DNA of 64,000 bases. Origin: Octopus vulgaris. Taxonomy: Eukaryota. The notes beneath the pieces are model-generated. The model made no database searches and had not been told where the DNA came from. It worked only from the letters and a program-made list of their open reading frames with translations. This document shows, one piece after another, positions 1 to 13,865 of this stretch. The position numbers were made by a program, and so were the translations under genes. The stretch covers positions 62,372,001-62,436,000 of the forward strand of contig OX597825.1 in NCBI GenBank assembly GCA_951406725.2, read 5' to 3'. Within the stretch, counting starts at the first letter, position 1, and each line of letters opens with the position of its first letter.

Positions 1-24
1 ACTACACAGCATAGTTGTTGTTTG

Positions 25-321
25 TTCCTTCTTGAGCCACGCCTGGCTCATCAGGTCCGCTTTTCTGGTTTCCTTGGCATATAGGTTCCCCACCTGGATG
101 GGACGCCAGTCCGTTGCAGGTGAGCTGCAAGATGCAGGAGGAAAGTGTGAGAGAAAGTTGTGGCAAAAGAGTCAGCAGAAGTTCGCCATTACCTTCTGCC
201 GGAATCGCGTGGAGCTTAGGTGTTTTTGCTCATAAACACACACATCAACTGATCTGAGATTCGAACCCATGAACCCTCGACCGTGAGTCCGCTGCTCTAA
301 ACTCTAGACCGTGTGCCTCCA
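25..321 (-). mobile_element. tRNA-derived SINE, family D
   Basis: Minus strand begins GGAGGCAC..GTCTAGAGTTTAGAGCAGCGGACTC and has a B-box GGTTCGAATCTC; homologous to 21458, 39100-39387 and 44667. Confidence 0.8.
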
Positions 322-329
322 CACACAGT

Positions 330-1091
330 ATAGTAGGGTCAGTTGGGTACCATCTGTGAGAAAAACAACACCATGATGCAATTCCTCTGCTAGAAATTGG
401 AAATGACATGCTGTACTGCTTGGCATGCATACTGGAAGCTTCAATGAGAACATTTCAGAGTGTTTGGGTGTCAATCTGAGGACATGTACTGAGAGTGATA
501 AAAATCAAATTTGCAGTCAACATCATGGTATTTGGAGTGATCACTAGTGATAGCAATATTATGCCCCCATTCATCTTCCCACACAGCCTCAGACTCAACA
601 CGGAGGCCTACATCGATGATGTAGTGCTGCTCTGGGTCAAGAAGGTGGCTGCTGGAAGACCCTAAGTCTAGCAACAGGACTCTGCACCATGCCTCACAAG
701 CAGGAGAACACAGTCGTGGGCTCTCATACAATTTCTGCCACCACATCACCCCTAACATCTAGCCACTTAACTCCCCAACCTGCAAACTCCTTGATTATTA
801 TATGAGGGACATAGGTGAGTGAGTGATCGACAAAATTCCAAAAACACAAAAGGTGAACTGAAGGCAAGGATTATGGCAGCATTCACCAACTTATACAAGG
901 AGACCATCCAGTAGAATTGAAGTCATCTGGAAGCCATGGTTGAAGCGAATGGCAATTTTATTAAATAAATTTACCCTTTATCCTTTCAAGATATTTTTAT
1001 GTAATTTTGGTAAATATATCTGTCAAAATGAGATGTCAGTGCTATTTTCACTTTTGCATAATTTAGACAACAGTTTATTCACAGCACCATG
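330..1091 (+). mobile_element. Decayed Tc1/mariner (DD37D/maT-like) transposon
   Basis: Frameshifted translation with MVFGVITSD..MPPFIFPHSLRLNTEAYI, QQDSAPC and PLNSPTCKLLDYY (decayed WPPNSPDxNPLDY); ends CACCATG-TA; homologous to 46970-47486. Confidence 0.8.
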
Positions 1092-1191
1092 TATGTGTGT
1101 GTTTGTGTGCTTGTGTGTGTGTGTGTGTGTGCACGCGTGCCTGTGCGTGTGTGTGTGTGTGCACGCATGCCTGTGCGTGTGTGTGTGTGTG

Positions 1192-1348
1192 TATACGATG
1201 GGTTTCTTTCAGTTTCTATCTACCAAATCCATATTCAAAGTTTTGGTCGGCCCAAGGTCATAATAGAAGAACCTGCCCAAGGTGCCATGCAGTGAGACTG
1301 AACCTGGAACCATGTGGTTGCGAAGTAAGCTTCTTACCACACAGCCAC
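1192..1348 (-). mobile_element. SINE family A, 5' half
   Basis: Reverse complement of GTGGCTGTGTGGTAAG..GGTTCAGTC..GGCACCTTGGGCA..GAAACTGAAAGAA. Confidence 0.85.
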
Positions 1349-2052
1349 GATGTTAAAAAAATTTATTTTTGTAAACTCTTATAAAACAAAATTATCATTT
1401 TTAGCTGTAATTAACAATTAGCTTCTGTGAAACGTTTCTATATATAACAATTCTGTGGAACTTTTACCCCTTAAACAGAGAGAACAAAATTGTTGGATAT
1501 ATCTGTAATGTAAACATAATGATTTTAGAACGTAGCTGAGTTGTGAGGATAACTTCGATTTGAAGCATGTGTTTTGAATGCAATGGATGAAAGTCAGATA
1601 TGAATGAATGATGAGGATACATGGTGGAAATGAAAAGGCAGGAAATAGCTAAAATTCTAATAGTTAATCTGACAAGTTAGCTTGTCAGCAATGGCCAAAG
1701 AATGCTAAAGCCCTTGCTAAGCGGGACTATAAAGATAAGCTTTAGATTATGCTGTTAATATTCAGTTTGAACTTGTGCAACTCAGTGGATGGTGATAACT
1801 CATAGGAGTGGAGATCTTAGGGAGAGATCCAAATCTAAAGAAGAAAAGTTGATTGAAGAATTTAATATGGTAATTTGATATAACAATGTAACAAAACTAT
1901 AACAACCCACTTCGATCCAGAGCAGAGAAAAATATTTCATGCAGACCTTACAAGTTTTTTTTAAAACTTCATACAGATTCAATATTTATTACAGACATAC
2001 ACATATGCACATTCACATACACACACATGCACACACATACACATACATACAT

Positions 2053-2556
2053 GGTGGTTGCCCCCTCGTTATCGAGTATGGCCATTGCACGAAGCTTAAT
2101 AAATGTTGCTATCATGCAATACCTGTGCAAGAAGATTTTTTTAAAGTGAGGAAAGGCTGTGCACTGAGTCAATCCCACTCATTAAGCAGGAGCAGCCATA
2201 ATCCGAAAAGAAGAACAAGTCAACATCATCGGTAACCACTGAACTGCAGGTTTTATGTCGGAGTTATCCCAGTTACCTGAGTTACCATCTCCTAGAAGGA
2301 TGCCCTAACAAAGGCTAGGAGTCCTTCACTCCCAATGGTTTAATCGTGCGATCGGGTATTCAGTCCGATTATTTTTATGTCCCTGCGCATGATACAGCCT
2401 TAAGACATTTATTTGATGGCCGTTGACTCTCAAGAGTTCCTCCGCCCTTTGACGGGTTTTGTTTTTCATCCCGCAGGGTGTCCAATAAACACCCCCTCCT
2501 CACCAAGCAAGGCTGTACTGGGTTATATGTTACCCGTAGCACTCGAAAGTGACCTG
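2053..2556 (-). mobile_element. Non-coding structured element resembling an RTE-clade 5' UTR
   Basis: Relatively GC-rich insert between ACAT microsatellites; minus strand has GGCATCCTTCTAGGAGATGGTAACTC (similar to recalled RTE 5' UTR motifs) and several hairpins. Confidence 0.5.
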
Positions 2557-3393
2557 ACATATATACATACATAGATACATACAAACATACATACATACAT
2601 ACATGCATGCATGCATGCATCTGTCAACACTGTCAAGACCAGAAATTGAATTTGACATTATGGTCATGAACTAAAGACTCTAACCACTAGGCCACACATC
2701 TTCACCCCCCGCTACCTCACCATATATATTTTAGTACAAAAACATGGTGCTGGTGGTGGTGGAGATGGCACCAATTGCTTCCAATCAGAGCAATCAATAC
2801 ATGCTTCCATTTAGCTTTTCTGTTACCATTACTATCTGTTCATTAGAACTCCTCACAGCAGTGTTTGCTATTTTTCACTCCCTTTTTTTTTTCCTGACAT
2901 TACAAGAAACAAGATTTGAACTTAGATCCACAGAACCAAAAGAGAAGCATTGTCTCCAATGTACTAACAATTCCACCATGCCAGTACACTGGATTGGTAC
3001 TTTAGTTATTGACCTTAAAAAGATATAATGCTGAGATTACCCTGGCAGGATTTGAACTCAGAGTGTCTCTAAACAAATACCACAAATCATACATCCTGAA
3101 ATGCTAACAACTCTGATAGTTTGCTAATTTACACATACGATGCTCACTAGAATCTTATGTTCAAAGAGGGTACAATCTGATATATGTTTTGGTATGTGTA
3201 GGACAGAGGTCTTTTACATTTCTGGTCCCTACATATTTATATAGTCAGTTTTTCTGTCAAGAGCAAACATTAGTAGATTACAAAGTAAACAGAACTTAAT
3301 CAGTCGACTTTATATGCTCCACTACCATATACAGTTGACTGCAGGACCAAATGAAAAAGATTACAGTCTAGTAAATTAGGAATTTATGTAATA

Positions 3394-3810
3394 GGTGTTG
3401 GAGTGGCTGTGTGGTAAGTAGCTTGCTTAAGAAACCACATGGTTCTGGGTTCAGTCCCACTGCATGGCACTTGGGCAAATGTCTTCTAACATAGCCTCGG
3501 GCTGACCAAAGCCTTGTGAGTGGATTTGGTAGACGGAAACTGAAAGAAGCCCATCATATATATGTATATATATATTTGTGTATGTATGTGTGTGTATATG
3601 TTTGTGTGTTTGTGTTTATCCCCCAACATCGCTTGACAACCGATGCTGGTGTGTTTACGTTCCTGTTACTTAGTGGTTCGGCAAAAGTGACCAATAGAAT
3701 AAGTACTAGGCTTACAAAGAATAAGTCCTGGGGTCGATTTGATTCGACTAAAGGTGGTGCTCCAGCATGGCCACAGTCAAATGACTGAAACAAGTAAAAG
3801 AGTAAAAGAG
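3394..3810 (+). mobile_element. SINE family A, full length
   Basis: tRNA-like head, internal (TA/TG)n tract, 3' CAGTCAAATGACTG hairpin and AGTAAAAG repeats. Confidence 0.9.
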
Positions 3811-3829
3811 TAATTACGTAATCTGGTGA

Positions 3830-4067
3830 TGGTACAGCCATGTAAAATGCACTCAGTACATTCTGTAAAGTGGTTAGAGTTAGGAAGGGCATCTAGCTGT
3901 GGAAACCAAACTGAAACAAACTTTGGGAGCTGGTGTGGTCTCCTGGCCTTGCCAGCTCCTGTCAAGCTGTCCAACCCATGCTAGCATGGAAAATGGACAG
4001 TAAATGTTGATGATAGATGACGAGGATGATGATGATGACGATGACGATGAGGATGACGACGATGATG
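3830..4067 (+). mobile_element. RTE LINE 3' fragment with (GAT)n tail
   Basis: TTAGGAAGGGCATC..GTCCAACCCATGCTAGCATGGAAA matches 51300-51458. Confidence 0.85.
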
Positions 4068-4375
4068 TATACTTCTCTCAAGCTTAACTAAATACACATG
4101 CATATGTACATATGTGCACACACTCAAATACACACATGTATATGTTACACAGTTGGTTCTATGACCATTTCAACCTCTGAGGACTATTATTAAGTGCCAA
4201 GTTTACTTGGTAATACCCTAAAGAGGTTGAAATGATCATCATGCCAAGTCTTAATTAGAAGCTTATAAAACTCAACATTTGCATCATGTATTTAGTACTA
4301 AACTTGAAAGAAGCCTACTTCGATGGAATCAAATTCAATGAACATAATACAATATACATACATTACATACATGTG

Positions 4376-4425
<50 letters not shown>

Positions 4426-4929
4426 CATAATGTAGGTGTGTGTATATATATGTATATGTATGTATATATATGTGTGTGTGTGTATATATATATATATGTA
4501 TGTATGTATATATACATGTATATATATATGTGTATATAAATATATGTATATATATATGTGTGTACGGAGCAAATAATTTAGGAGAAAATATTTGTGAAGA
4601 CATCACTGACTTGACTCTATTATTATCTAGTGAGTCCAAATATTTGAATGCATGCCTTCAGATGGTTGATTTCTGTAGGTATTATCAGTGTATTTTGGTG
4701 ATTTAAATAATAGTTTTGACTGTGATTTCCAGGAGGTAAACATACTTAGTATGTCCTTTGATTAAATTTATATATATATAGTTATACATTTGCACATATA
4801 TACATACATGTGTGCATGATGATGATGATGATGATGATTAGGAAAAGGATGACGACGTCTGCAATGATAAGGACAACAATGACAATGATGATGATGATGA
4901 TGATAATAATAATAATGATGACAACCCTC

Positions 4930-5140
4930 ATCATCATCAGATTTTGATGCCCACCTTCCATGATGGCATGCCTGGGGCAGTTTGGCTGGATCTGGAATGT
5001 TGGAGGATTGTGTCAAGCTCTAAATATCTGCTATGACATGGTTTGTATGGCTAGATTCCCTTCCTAATGCCAATTACTTCACAAAGTGCTTTAGATACTT
5101 TTACTTTGCATGGCACCAGCACTAGTGAGGTTGCCATGTA
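4930..5140 (-). mobile_element. RTE LINE 3' fragment
   Basis: CCCTTCCTAATGCCAA and CTTCCATGATGGCATG, reverse of the RTE 3' end. Confidence 0.7.
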
Positions 5141-5884
5141 CTTCTCAAAACTAAGATCCTCATTGACTGAATGATACAATTGTAGAGACACAGATGTAGC
5201 TTTATGCAAAGTGATGAGAGGTTAGATTATAAAGGGAGGAGCTGAAACAGGTGACTTGTGACAGAGGAAATACATGGTATTTATCTCCTTACTGCTATCT
5301 ATATCTCTTTTCATTGGTCTTCTTCTAATTACAATGCTTAGGAAATGAGATTTTGTATCTGTCCTTTGGTATTCTATACACACCTTCTATTTACTGCTAG
5401 CCATTTCTCTATCTTCCCTTAGTCACTCATTACTGACATCCATCACACTCTCATAGTATTAACCTGTTCTACAACTGTCCATCATAATTTTCTTCTTTTG
5501 CCAATAAACATGTAGCTGCCATTAGTATCTCTCTATCATTACTCTCCATCATTCTCTTTCACATTTTGCTCTACCATTATTGCCTGTTTTCCCATCATAC
5601 TCTCAAGCAGTGTCTATCATATTTTCCCATCATCTTCCACACTTTTCCCACCTGTTACCTTGTTTATCCTATAATACTCAAGTTTTTTTCTTCTTCTCTT
5701 CATTGCTCCCTTTTCTGCTCACTCTGTCAGTCATATTGCCCTGGCTGAGTGGAGACAAAGACACAGTGAGTATAAGGGCAAACACATTAATGTTGGTATC
5801 ATGATATGATATTCTTAGTACAGTTAGTAAATTGGTTGGGGTCAGGGAGAAAATCCAAATATAAATACTCTACCATAAACAGAA

Positions 5885-6272
5885 GGCACAGGAGTGGCTG
5901 TGTTGTAAGTAGTTTGCTTACCAACCACATCGTTCCGGGTTCAGTCCCACTGTGTGGCATCTTGAGCAAGTGTCTTCTACTATAGCCTCGGGCCGACCAA
6001 AGCCTTGTGAGTGGATTTGGTAAACAGAAACTCAAAGAAGCCCAGTGCATATATGTATATATATGTTTGTGTGTCTTTGTTTGTCTCCCTAGCATTGCTT
6101 GAAAACTGATGCTGATGTGTTTATGTCTCTGTCACTTAGCAGTTTGGCAAAAGAGACTGATAGAATAAATACTGGGCTTACAAAGAATAAATCCCAGGGT
6201 TGATTTGCTTGACTAAAAGCAGTGTTCCAGCATGGCCGCAGTCAAATGACTGAAACAATTAAAAGAGTAAAA
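5885..6272 (+). mobile_element. SINE family A, full length
   Basis: Colinear match to 3394-3810. Confidence 0.9.
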
Positions 6273-7084
6273 GGAGAGAGACAGAACATATAAATAGGAC
6301 ACTGAACTTTGACCTACCTAGATGGACAAGAGCTGCAAGTAAGAACTGGTTCGGTATATGACAATTCATCCCCCTCGTAACAATATGGAAAGCAAATGGA
6401 ATAACAACAAGGATGACAATGATATTTGTGGCAACTGTGATGACGATGACAAAAGCAATGGTGCTGACAATGAAAATGACAATAACAATGATGATGATAA
6501 TGTGTACAGATCTCTCTAGCAGGTTCTTTCTAGATACATTGTTTAACACAACAATCACCATTTATATATCAGCCTTCCAACTTATAAACAGATTCTGTTC
6601 ACACACTTTGACATAGTGTTAAGCTTTTTAATACATGAGTGTACAGCTATATTTACACACACACACGCAGGCACACACATATGCATACAAACACACATGT
6701 ATATAAGCAAGTGTAAATGTATAGCTTCCAGTATTTCATTTATGGAGTTATTTTTGTATGAACGCAAAATTTATTTCAATGTTTTTTTTATACAAAAACA
6801 ATCAAATGCTTTATTTTTCTGAATTTATCTCTACACATGCAGCCAATCAAATGCTTCTTTTTTTTTCTCTCCGTTTTCCTGAGTATTTCTTTAAACTGTT
6901 CCAACTTTCAATGTTATTGTTCAGGTTTTGTTTGACAATCAGAGTTATGAAATTTGAACTTGCATCAATAATAAAATATATTTTGATAGAGAACATGCAG
7001 CGTATCTCAGCATGTATGGGTCTGTGTGTGTGCTGCATGTTTATATATATATACATGTATAACCATATATACATACGTACATAT

Positions 7085-7242
7085 AATTGAAATTTACAGA
7101 AAAACAAAAAAACGAAGACAGGTGTATAAACAATAAGCAGGTGTATTAATTTGATTGTCAGGAAGGTGAGAAAGTCTTTTACATTTCGATCCTATGCTTT
7201 CAAAAGAAAGGAACACGAGGAAACAAAGGAAAAGAGAGAGAC
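7085..7242 (-). mobile_element. PLE terminal fragment with decayed hammerhead relic (7176-7210)
   Basis: Homologous to 30160-30315; minus strand cttt-CTTTTGAA-agcataggatc-GAAA-tg-TA-aaag. Confidence 0.5.
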
Positions 7243-7264
7243 TATATATATATATATATATATA

Positions 7265-7672
7265 TTTTCATTTTTATGTGTTTTGATTATGCCTGCACTG
7301 AAGATTTAAAAGTGCATTTTGTGCACTAATTATGAAATCATATGATCTGCGGCTGAATCTATTTTTAAAAGACTCGCTTCAAGAGTTGCATTCCCTCACA
7401 TTCAGTACAATGTGTAATGTGTTTATTATGGTAGTTTTAACTTTAAGAGTCCCTCCTAGTGTGAGGCATTTATATATAGTAATAATACCTTTAATATAAA
7501 TAAATATATTTAAAGGGATAATTAATAAATTTTTCCCTTATGAGGTTTTTCACGCTAACTACTTACTCTTTTACTCTTTTACTTGTTTTACTCAATTGAC
7601 TGCGGCCATGCTGGAGCATCACATTTAAGCAAGAAATTCTTATAAAGATTTTATCCTATTTTAAAATTTGTA
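7265..7672 (+). mobile_element. Non-coding PLE/retrozyme-like insert in (TA)n
   Basis: Flanked by (TA)n on both sides, carries the hammerhead motif; nested SINE A tail at 7562-7622. Confidence 0.55.
7291..7353 (+). ncRNA. Minimal type-I hammerhead ribozyme motif
   Basis: cctgca-CTGAAGA-[..agtgcat ttt gtgcact..]-GAAA-tcatatga (palindrome)-TC-tgcgg; base of stem II degenerate. Confidence 0.7.
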
Positions 7673-8619
7673 CATATATATATATATATATATATCTTGG
7701 GCACGTGCCATCAGTAGTTACTCAGAGTTGGCGATCTTTATGTTGTAAAACACACAAAAAATAAGCAAAATACAGATGCACGACTGAGTTGAAGGCAGAT
7801 CTATTTCTGCCTTTATAGCACATAAAGAAAACAGAGTTGTAGGAATGTACTACAGCAGTACTATGCATAGCTTAAATACTGAAACTAAAAAGCAGGAGTG
7901 AATTATGCCTACCTAATCTACAAAAACATAAAACATTTTGCATTTTATGCATAGTAATCAGACTAACCTTCCTAATTTTATTGAATTAGGTGCATATCTT
8001 GCCATGAGAGAAAAATGTTGTCATCGATCTATTTTATTCAAGGTAGACACTGCCTATATTGCCTACCTAGGCAGCATGTCTCAGGTATATATATATATAT
8101 ATATATGTATAACCGAAAAATTAGCATCTAGCAGTCTTTAGGCATATGCAAAATTCAGGTTAGTAAAAATATATTTGTGACATATCTTAACTCCTAAAAG
8201 GCAAATTCACTGCCATTACCATAGAGAAAATTTTCCTCTTATGGTAAAAGCTGTGAAAACACCCTATCTATTCAGTGTTGCCATCTATCAGGAATCTCAA
8301 ACAATGATGTTTCTTGTTCATTGGCTTTTATAAATGGAAGGTACAAAAGAGAAGCAACTCTGAACAAATCCTATAAAATACAGTCAATGTTGTTGACTGA
8401 TTTCTGCTGGTAGATTGCTCGACCATGGAAATTACTGAAAAATTAGTACCCAGTAGTGTTTAGACATAAGCTGTTATATTGTCCTCCTTAGTACTGTACT
8501 CTCTCTTAGGCTCACCATGCATATGCAACAAAAATTAGTCTTAAGAAACACTACAATACTAAAAGAAAAAAAATTAGTAAAATACAAGTGGATAATACAT
8601 AAAATTCCTTACAAACATA

Positions 8620-8808
8620 GGTTTATAATCGTTTGTACCATAGGCATCAGGCCTGAAATTTGGGGGAGGGGATTGTCGATTTATTGACCCCAAAAGGATG
8701 AAAGTCAAAGTTGACCTTGGTAGAATTTGAACACAGAACGGAGCGACGGGCGAAATACCATGAAGCATTTTTGTCCAGTGTGCTAACGATTCTGCCAGCT
8801 TGCAGCCT
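8620..8808 (-). mobile_element. SINE family B
   Basis: GACCCCAAAAGGATGAAAGTCAAAGTTGACC..GAATTTGAAC..GCTAACGATTCTGCCAGC. Confidence 0.8.
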
Positions 8809-9329
8809 TACAAAGGTTAATAATAGGACCACACTCATGTTGGAACACAATGCCAAAATAAACACACAAACAACAATCATGTAAAAAATTTAGCATGGTA
8901 CTGGAGCTACAGAAAAATTTAGGCAGTGAAACTTACAGACATATGGCCACATTAAAACAAATTAATATATGACTGATGACGTAGATAGTCTTTGATCAAA
9001 ATTTGTTGGCAGTATATCAAAATAAAAAAAATCAACCAGTACAATAGTTACTTCTGTCAATCATTTGCATAGCATTAAATGTAAATGATACATGTATTTG
9101 AAGATTTGACAATATTTTGTTTATGAAATTTACCTTATGTAAATAATAATCATGTTTTGTTATTGAAATGTAAATAAGATGTAGCTAAAGATCTTATAAA
9201 TAATCTATCAAGTGTTGTTTTAATTTCTACATATACTCTGTGACACAACTTAACTCTGCTTTCATAAATGATATCTACACTGACATGAACAGGAATAGGC
9301 ATGAAGTATAAAAAAAAAGAAAACAAAAC

Positions 9330-9548
9330 AAAATTCTATATATCGAGGGAAATTACTTGGTTCATCTTGATTACCTCCCTTTCATTACTTTTTACTATAT
9401 CTTATTGACTCCTGATATATTTGTTAAAATTGATAAAGTTTTTTTCCACAGTTAATAAATATTATGTCTAACATATTCTTTTAATTCGACTCCTTTATAA
9501 AACAAATCACCATTTACTAGCTAATTATGATTATATATTAATAGAAAT

Positions 9549-9624
<76 letters not shown>

Positions 9625-9892
9625 AATATGAAATGATTGCAAAAAATTCAATATATCTAGAGAAATTACTTGGTTCATCTTGATTACCTCCCTTCCATTA
9701 CTTTTTAATATATCTTATTGACTCCTGATATATGTGCTAAATTGATAAAGTTTTTTTTCCATAGTAAATATTATGTCTAACATTTTCTTTTAATTTAACA
9801 CATTAATAAAATAAATCACCATTTACTAGCTAATTATGATTCTATATTAATTGAAATGGATATATATATATTTATATAAATATGAAATGATT
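9330..9892. repeat. Tandem duplication, two ~250-310 bp units differing mainly in (TA)n length
   Basis: GAAATTACTTGGTTCATCTTGATTACCTCCC at 9349 and 9662, colinear through GAAATGGATATATA. Confidence 0.9.
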
Positions 9893-10643
9893 TCTATATT
9901 TTCTATCCCTATATAAGGTACCAATATTTATTGAAATCCTTTAGAAAATTATCTCAAGGATATTTACTTAAATTTCTTAATATAGAATCTGGATGTTAAA
10001 TGGTAAGGGACATTGAAAACCTCTAGAGTACTAGTAGTCTATGTTCCCACTACCCATCTAACTTCAACCTACTAGCGTTTTGCTATAAAACATTCAAATA
10101 CATCTAAACTGAATTCCTCAAAATGGGAATGGGTTTATGGTTTTGACATTTGTACTACTCCTTCCTATATCTATAAATAGAAAAAAATCTTGTTTGTCTC
10201 CATTCAACTAAGAATAAAACCCCTCCCCACTGACAGATCTCAATAACAAAGTGAATTCAATGATAAAATCTACAGTCAGAGAGTGAATATACTACTACCA
10301 TGTTCTTAAGAATGACATCAACCTCTCTGTCTATATATTTACCCTCTTTATAATGTTGGCAAATAAAATAGGGATAAGAATGTGCATTGTCCATTTAATT
10401 GGAAAAATCTATAAGTGGCTGAGGATTGCTTGACATTTTAAAACTGATGTAATACTTACAGTGTTTGATAAAATGAAGTAGCATGAAGCAATTGTACTAC
10501 TCTACCTTGGATATACTTGTTGCTTATTTTGATTATAATCACCCCATTTGATTTATATGGATAATACCATACAAAATTCTGGTGCCTTTAACTTAAGTAC
10601 CATATTCATCTGAATCTAAATTTTGCTGAACTTATATGTATAT

Positions 10644-10795
10644 ATACGATGGACTTCTTTCAGTTTCTGTCTACCAAATCCACTCACAAGGCTTTGGTTG
10701 GCCCGAGGCCATAGCAGAAGACACTTGCCCTAGGTGCCACGCAGTGGGACTGAACCCAGAATCATGAGTCTGGGAAGCAAGTTTCTTACCACAGC
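10644..10795 (-). mobile_element. SINE family A, 5' half
   Basis: Reverse match to SINE A head. Confidence 0.85.
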
Positions 10796-11878
10796 TGTTT
10801 CTGATGGTTCAGAACTATATAACAGCTGCAATGTTGGAAGTCAGTGTATGCAAAAGGTCAAGAAATGCAACAAGTGGTAGATGCATTTAAACATCATGGT
10901 AAAACCAGTCTCTATCGTCAGGGGGGAAAGATTGGCAACTAGTAAGTATATATGTGTATATGTTTATATGATGTATGTATTTATTTACACATATATACAC
11001 AGAGAGACGTGCACACATGCACACATTGATTCTTAAAATTTCTTGTGTTTGTGTTACCAAGCAGACTTTACATTACTTGCTATTTACATTTGTTACATAT
11101 TTGTATGTGATATATTAGAAACAAGACTCTGTTTTTAATCTATTATTACAGGCTTAAAGTGATCTGAGGCAAAATCAGCAAATTGATCAAATCAATATAT
11201 TTTCAGACTGTAGCTTCATTAAACATCTTTTGTATTTATCTCTGCAAGGGTTTAAAATAGAAATTAAAAATAGCCATAAAATACAGTGAGATTGATTCAA
11301 ATAGACTAAGACTCATTGAATGAACTGACATATGGCAATTCAACTCAAAGTATTAAATTTGATTATCTTCTAGTCGTATTTATATCTGATGTAAAAAAAA
11401 AAACTGTAAGTTAGAAAGTTGAAATTGATATCAAATCAATAAATGATAAATGGCAAATATTCTTTGTCAAATATATATTAGCAAAAATTGATGAATATAT
11501 AATCTAACAACTTTTCACCATTTCTAGTTTTTTGGAAAATAAATGAAAAGAAAAGATGATGGAAATTAAGCATGGCAGCATAGTGATGTAAAATAATGCA
11601 GACTTGATTGAAATACACAAATATTTGGAAAAATACTAAAATGCTTTATATACTAAAATAGGGCAAATGATTTTATGAAATTATGTTCGATATTTGATTT
11701 CTTTTGTATCAGTTTATTGAAATTTAACTTTGGAATTATTTGTTGAAAATTTAAATATTTTTTTTTTGTTAAGTCTAGTCCAGGTAAGTCACAGTAATTT
11801 TGATCAATTTGGTGCTTTCAAGAAAATGCATCGTGGAATTTAACAAAGGAAAACTTCATGATCATTATTTTTTTTTAT

Positions 11879-13280
11879 TGTAGTATGATAATTGTAATAG
11901 CATAGTAATAATATGGAAGATAATAGAAGATATGTTACTGATTCAAAATAAATTAAATAAAAGAAATAACAAAGAACTTTGTCAAGGTTCAATTATTAAC
12001 ATCATTTATAAGTTTTTATGCTTGTATTTAATAACAGTCTGTCTTTCTATTTCTTTAAAAATAATTAACTCTCTGGACAGATTCATACTACCAGTATCTT
12101 TCCCAATTAATATTAATTTGATTTCTAATTACTGTCCATATCATCTCTTGATTCCCTCTCAACACCATTCTCTTTACTCCTTTTCATTCTTACTTACACT
12201 GACTTTTACCTTTTACTGTATTGAGAAAACCGAAATGTTCTGAAATATATTTGAGATACAGCTAAAGTCTGCTTTTAAAGTGAAAAGCCTCTTTTCTATT
12301 CATGATACCAAACATGAACCATCAGGCTTAATCTTTAACATTAGTTGCTGATAAGAAAGTGTTCTGCTTACGAAACAAGAGCTACCTAAATCAAAACAAA
12401 ATGCAGCAAACAAAAAGCTGTTGATTTTCTTCACAGGATCTTTGTGTGTTAGTGTTGCATATGGCTATAAGGTAAAACATGGAGATAACATGAAACCACT
12501 TGTCATGTGTGAAGCAAAGTAATTTGTTATCTGAAACTTGGCCTTCAGAAACCCAGTCAGTCATTTAGCCAACCACAAGTGATTTTCCCTATTGTTCTTG
12601 TCTACAAATTCGACAAATGTTTACAAATAGAGTTATTAGAGAATTATCTCCTAGTGCTCTAGATTAGTAATTAAATAACAAAGCTATGAAGGAAAGCTAT
12701 ATTTACTGGTAATTATATTAACTATGCGTCAACATGTAGAAATTAATTTATGTCTCCCTAAAAGCTAACTTTTATATCACAGAAGTAAACCTACCAAGGA
12801 CAATGAGATTAAGATCTAGGGTAGCATTAATTGCGTTTGAGAATTCTTTAACAATGTCAACTTAATTCATTTTAATAGCATTTCTGCTGTTGGAGCACCT
12901 GTATTTTTTACCTATAGTTTTCATTCCTATTGATTTTGGTAGTTCTTCATGAACCCAGGTATTGACTAATCTGATTTAGAATTAAATATTCTACTCTACA
13001 ATACCAGTGGTTTTGGTAATCTTGATGGCACTGTCTGTTTCAAAGAATATGCATACTGTTGGTTCACAAGGAACTCATCTCCTTTTTATTGGCTTTGCTA
13101 TTTAATTCTGTTAGATATTCCCCAATTCTCATTGACTCTGCAAGAAACTATGGCTATTCCCTCATCTAATTACAACCAGTACTGTAGCATAATAATTGTA
13201 ATAGCATAGTAATAATATGTGCAATATTAGAACATAAATTGCTGATTCAAAAGAAATTAAATAAAGGAAATAACAAAGAT
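11879..13280. repeat. ~105 bp diverged direct repeat pair (11879-11985 and 13183-13280)
   Basis: ATAATTGTAATAGCATAGTAATAATATG..CTGATTCAAAA..AAATTAAATAAA..AAATAACAAAGA in both. Confidence 0.8.
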
Positions 13281-13865
13281 GTATATACTTGTAGTCTGTG
13301 GAAATAAAGAAGATAACTTAAATAGGAGAAATAAATTTACAATGAAAGAATGTGAGGCAGTTTGTTAGAGTTACTATATTTAGAATTAATTTTAAAATAA
13401 AGAAGTTTGGTAATGTCACTAGGTATATTAATGAATGTGGAGTATAGAAAATGAATGATATGGTGGTAAAATGAAGGAAAGAGAAAGAGAGAGGGGGTGA
13501 GAGGGGAGAGAGAGAGTGAGGAAGTGTTGGAGAAAGAGGGAATGACAAAGAGAAGGAAAGATTAAATAAATCATTTAAGGGCATTAGTTACTCATAGTTT
13601 CCTCCAGTTAGTAAAGATGATGCAGTATTGTGACACACAAAGAGATGTTGTATTGTAGGGCCATCAAAGTTTTGTCTAAATGGAATTGCAGCAAGCTATA
13701 GAAGATGCTAATATTTCTGTGATATTTCCCAAAGTTAAAGATGCCAAATATCCAGATTTCTATAACTCATGTTACACTCATAATAATACTGAATAGAAAT
13801 ATTGTTGAACAGAAATTTAAGGGTCATAAAATGTCGGATAGTGAATTAATTGTTTTCTGCATCAA

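Noticed and set aside
25-58. CTGATGAG plus hairpin on the minus strand as a hammerhead
   Set aside because: No GAAA after stem II, and other SINE D copies lack the CTGA box.
6315-6345. Possible 15-17 nt microexon on either strand
   Set aside because: Splice-like dinucleotides alone are too common to support it.
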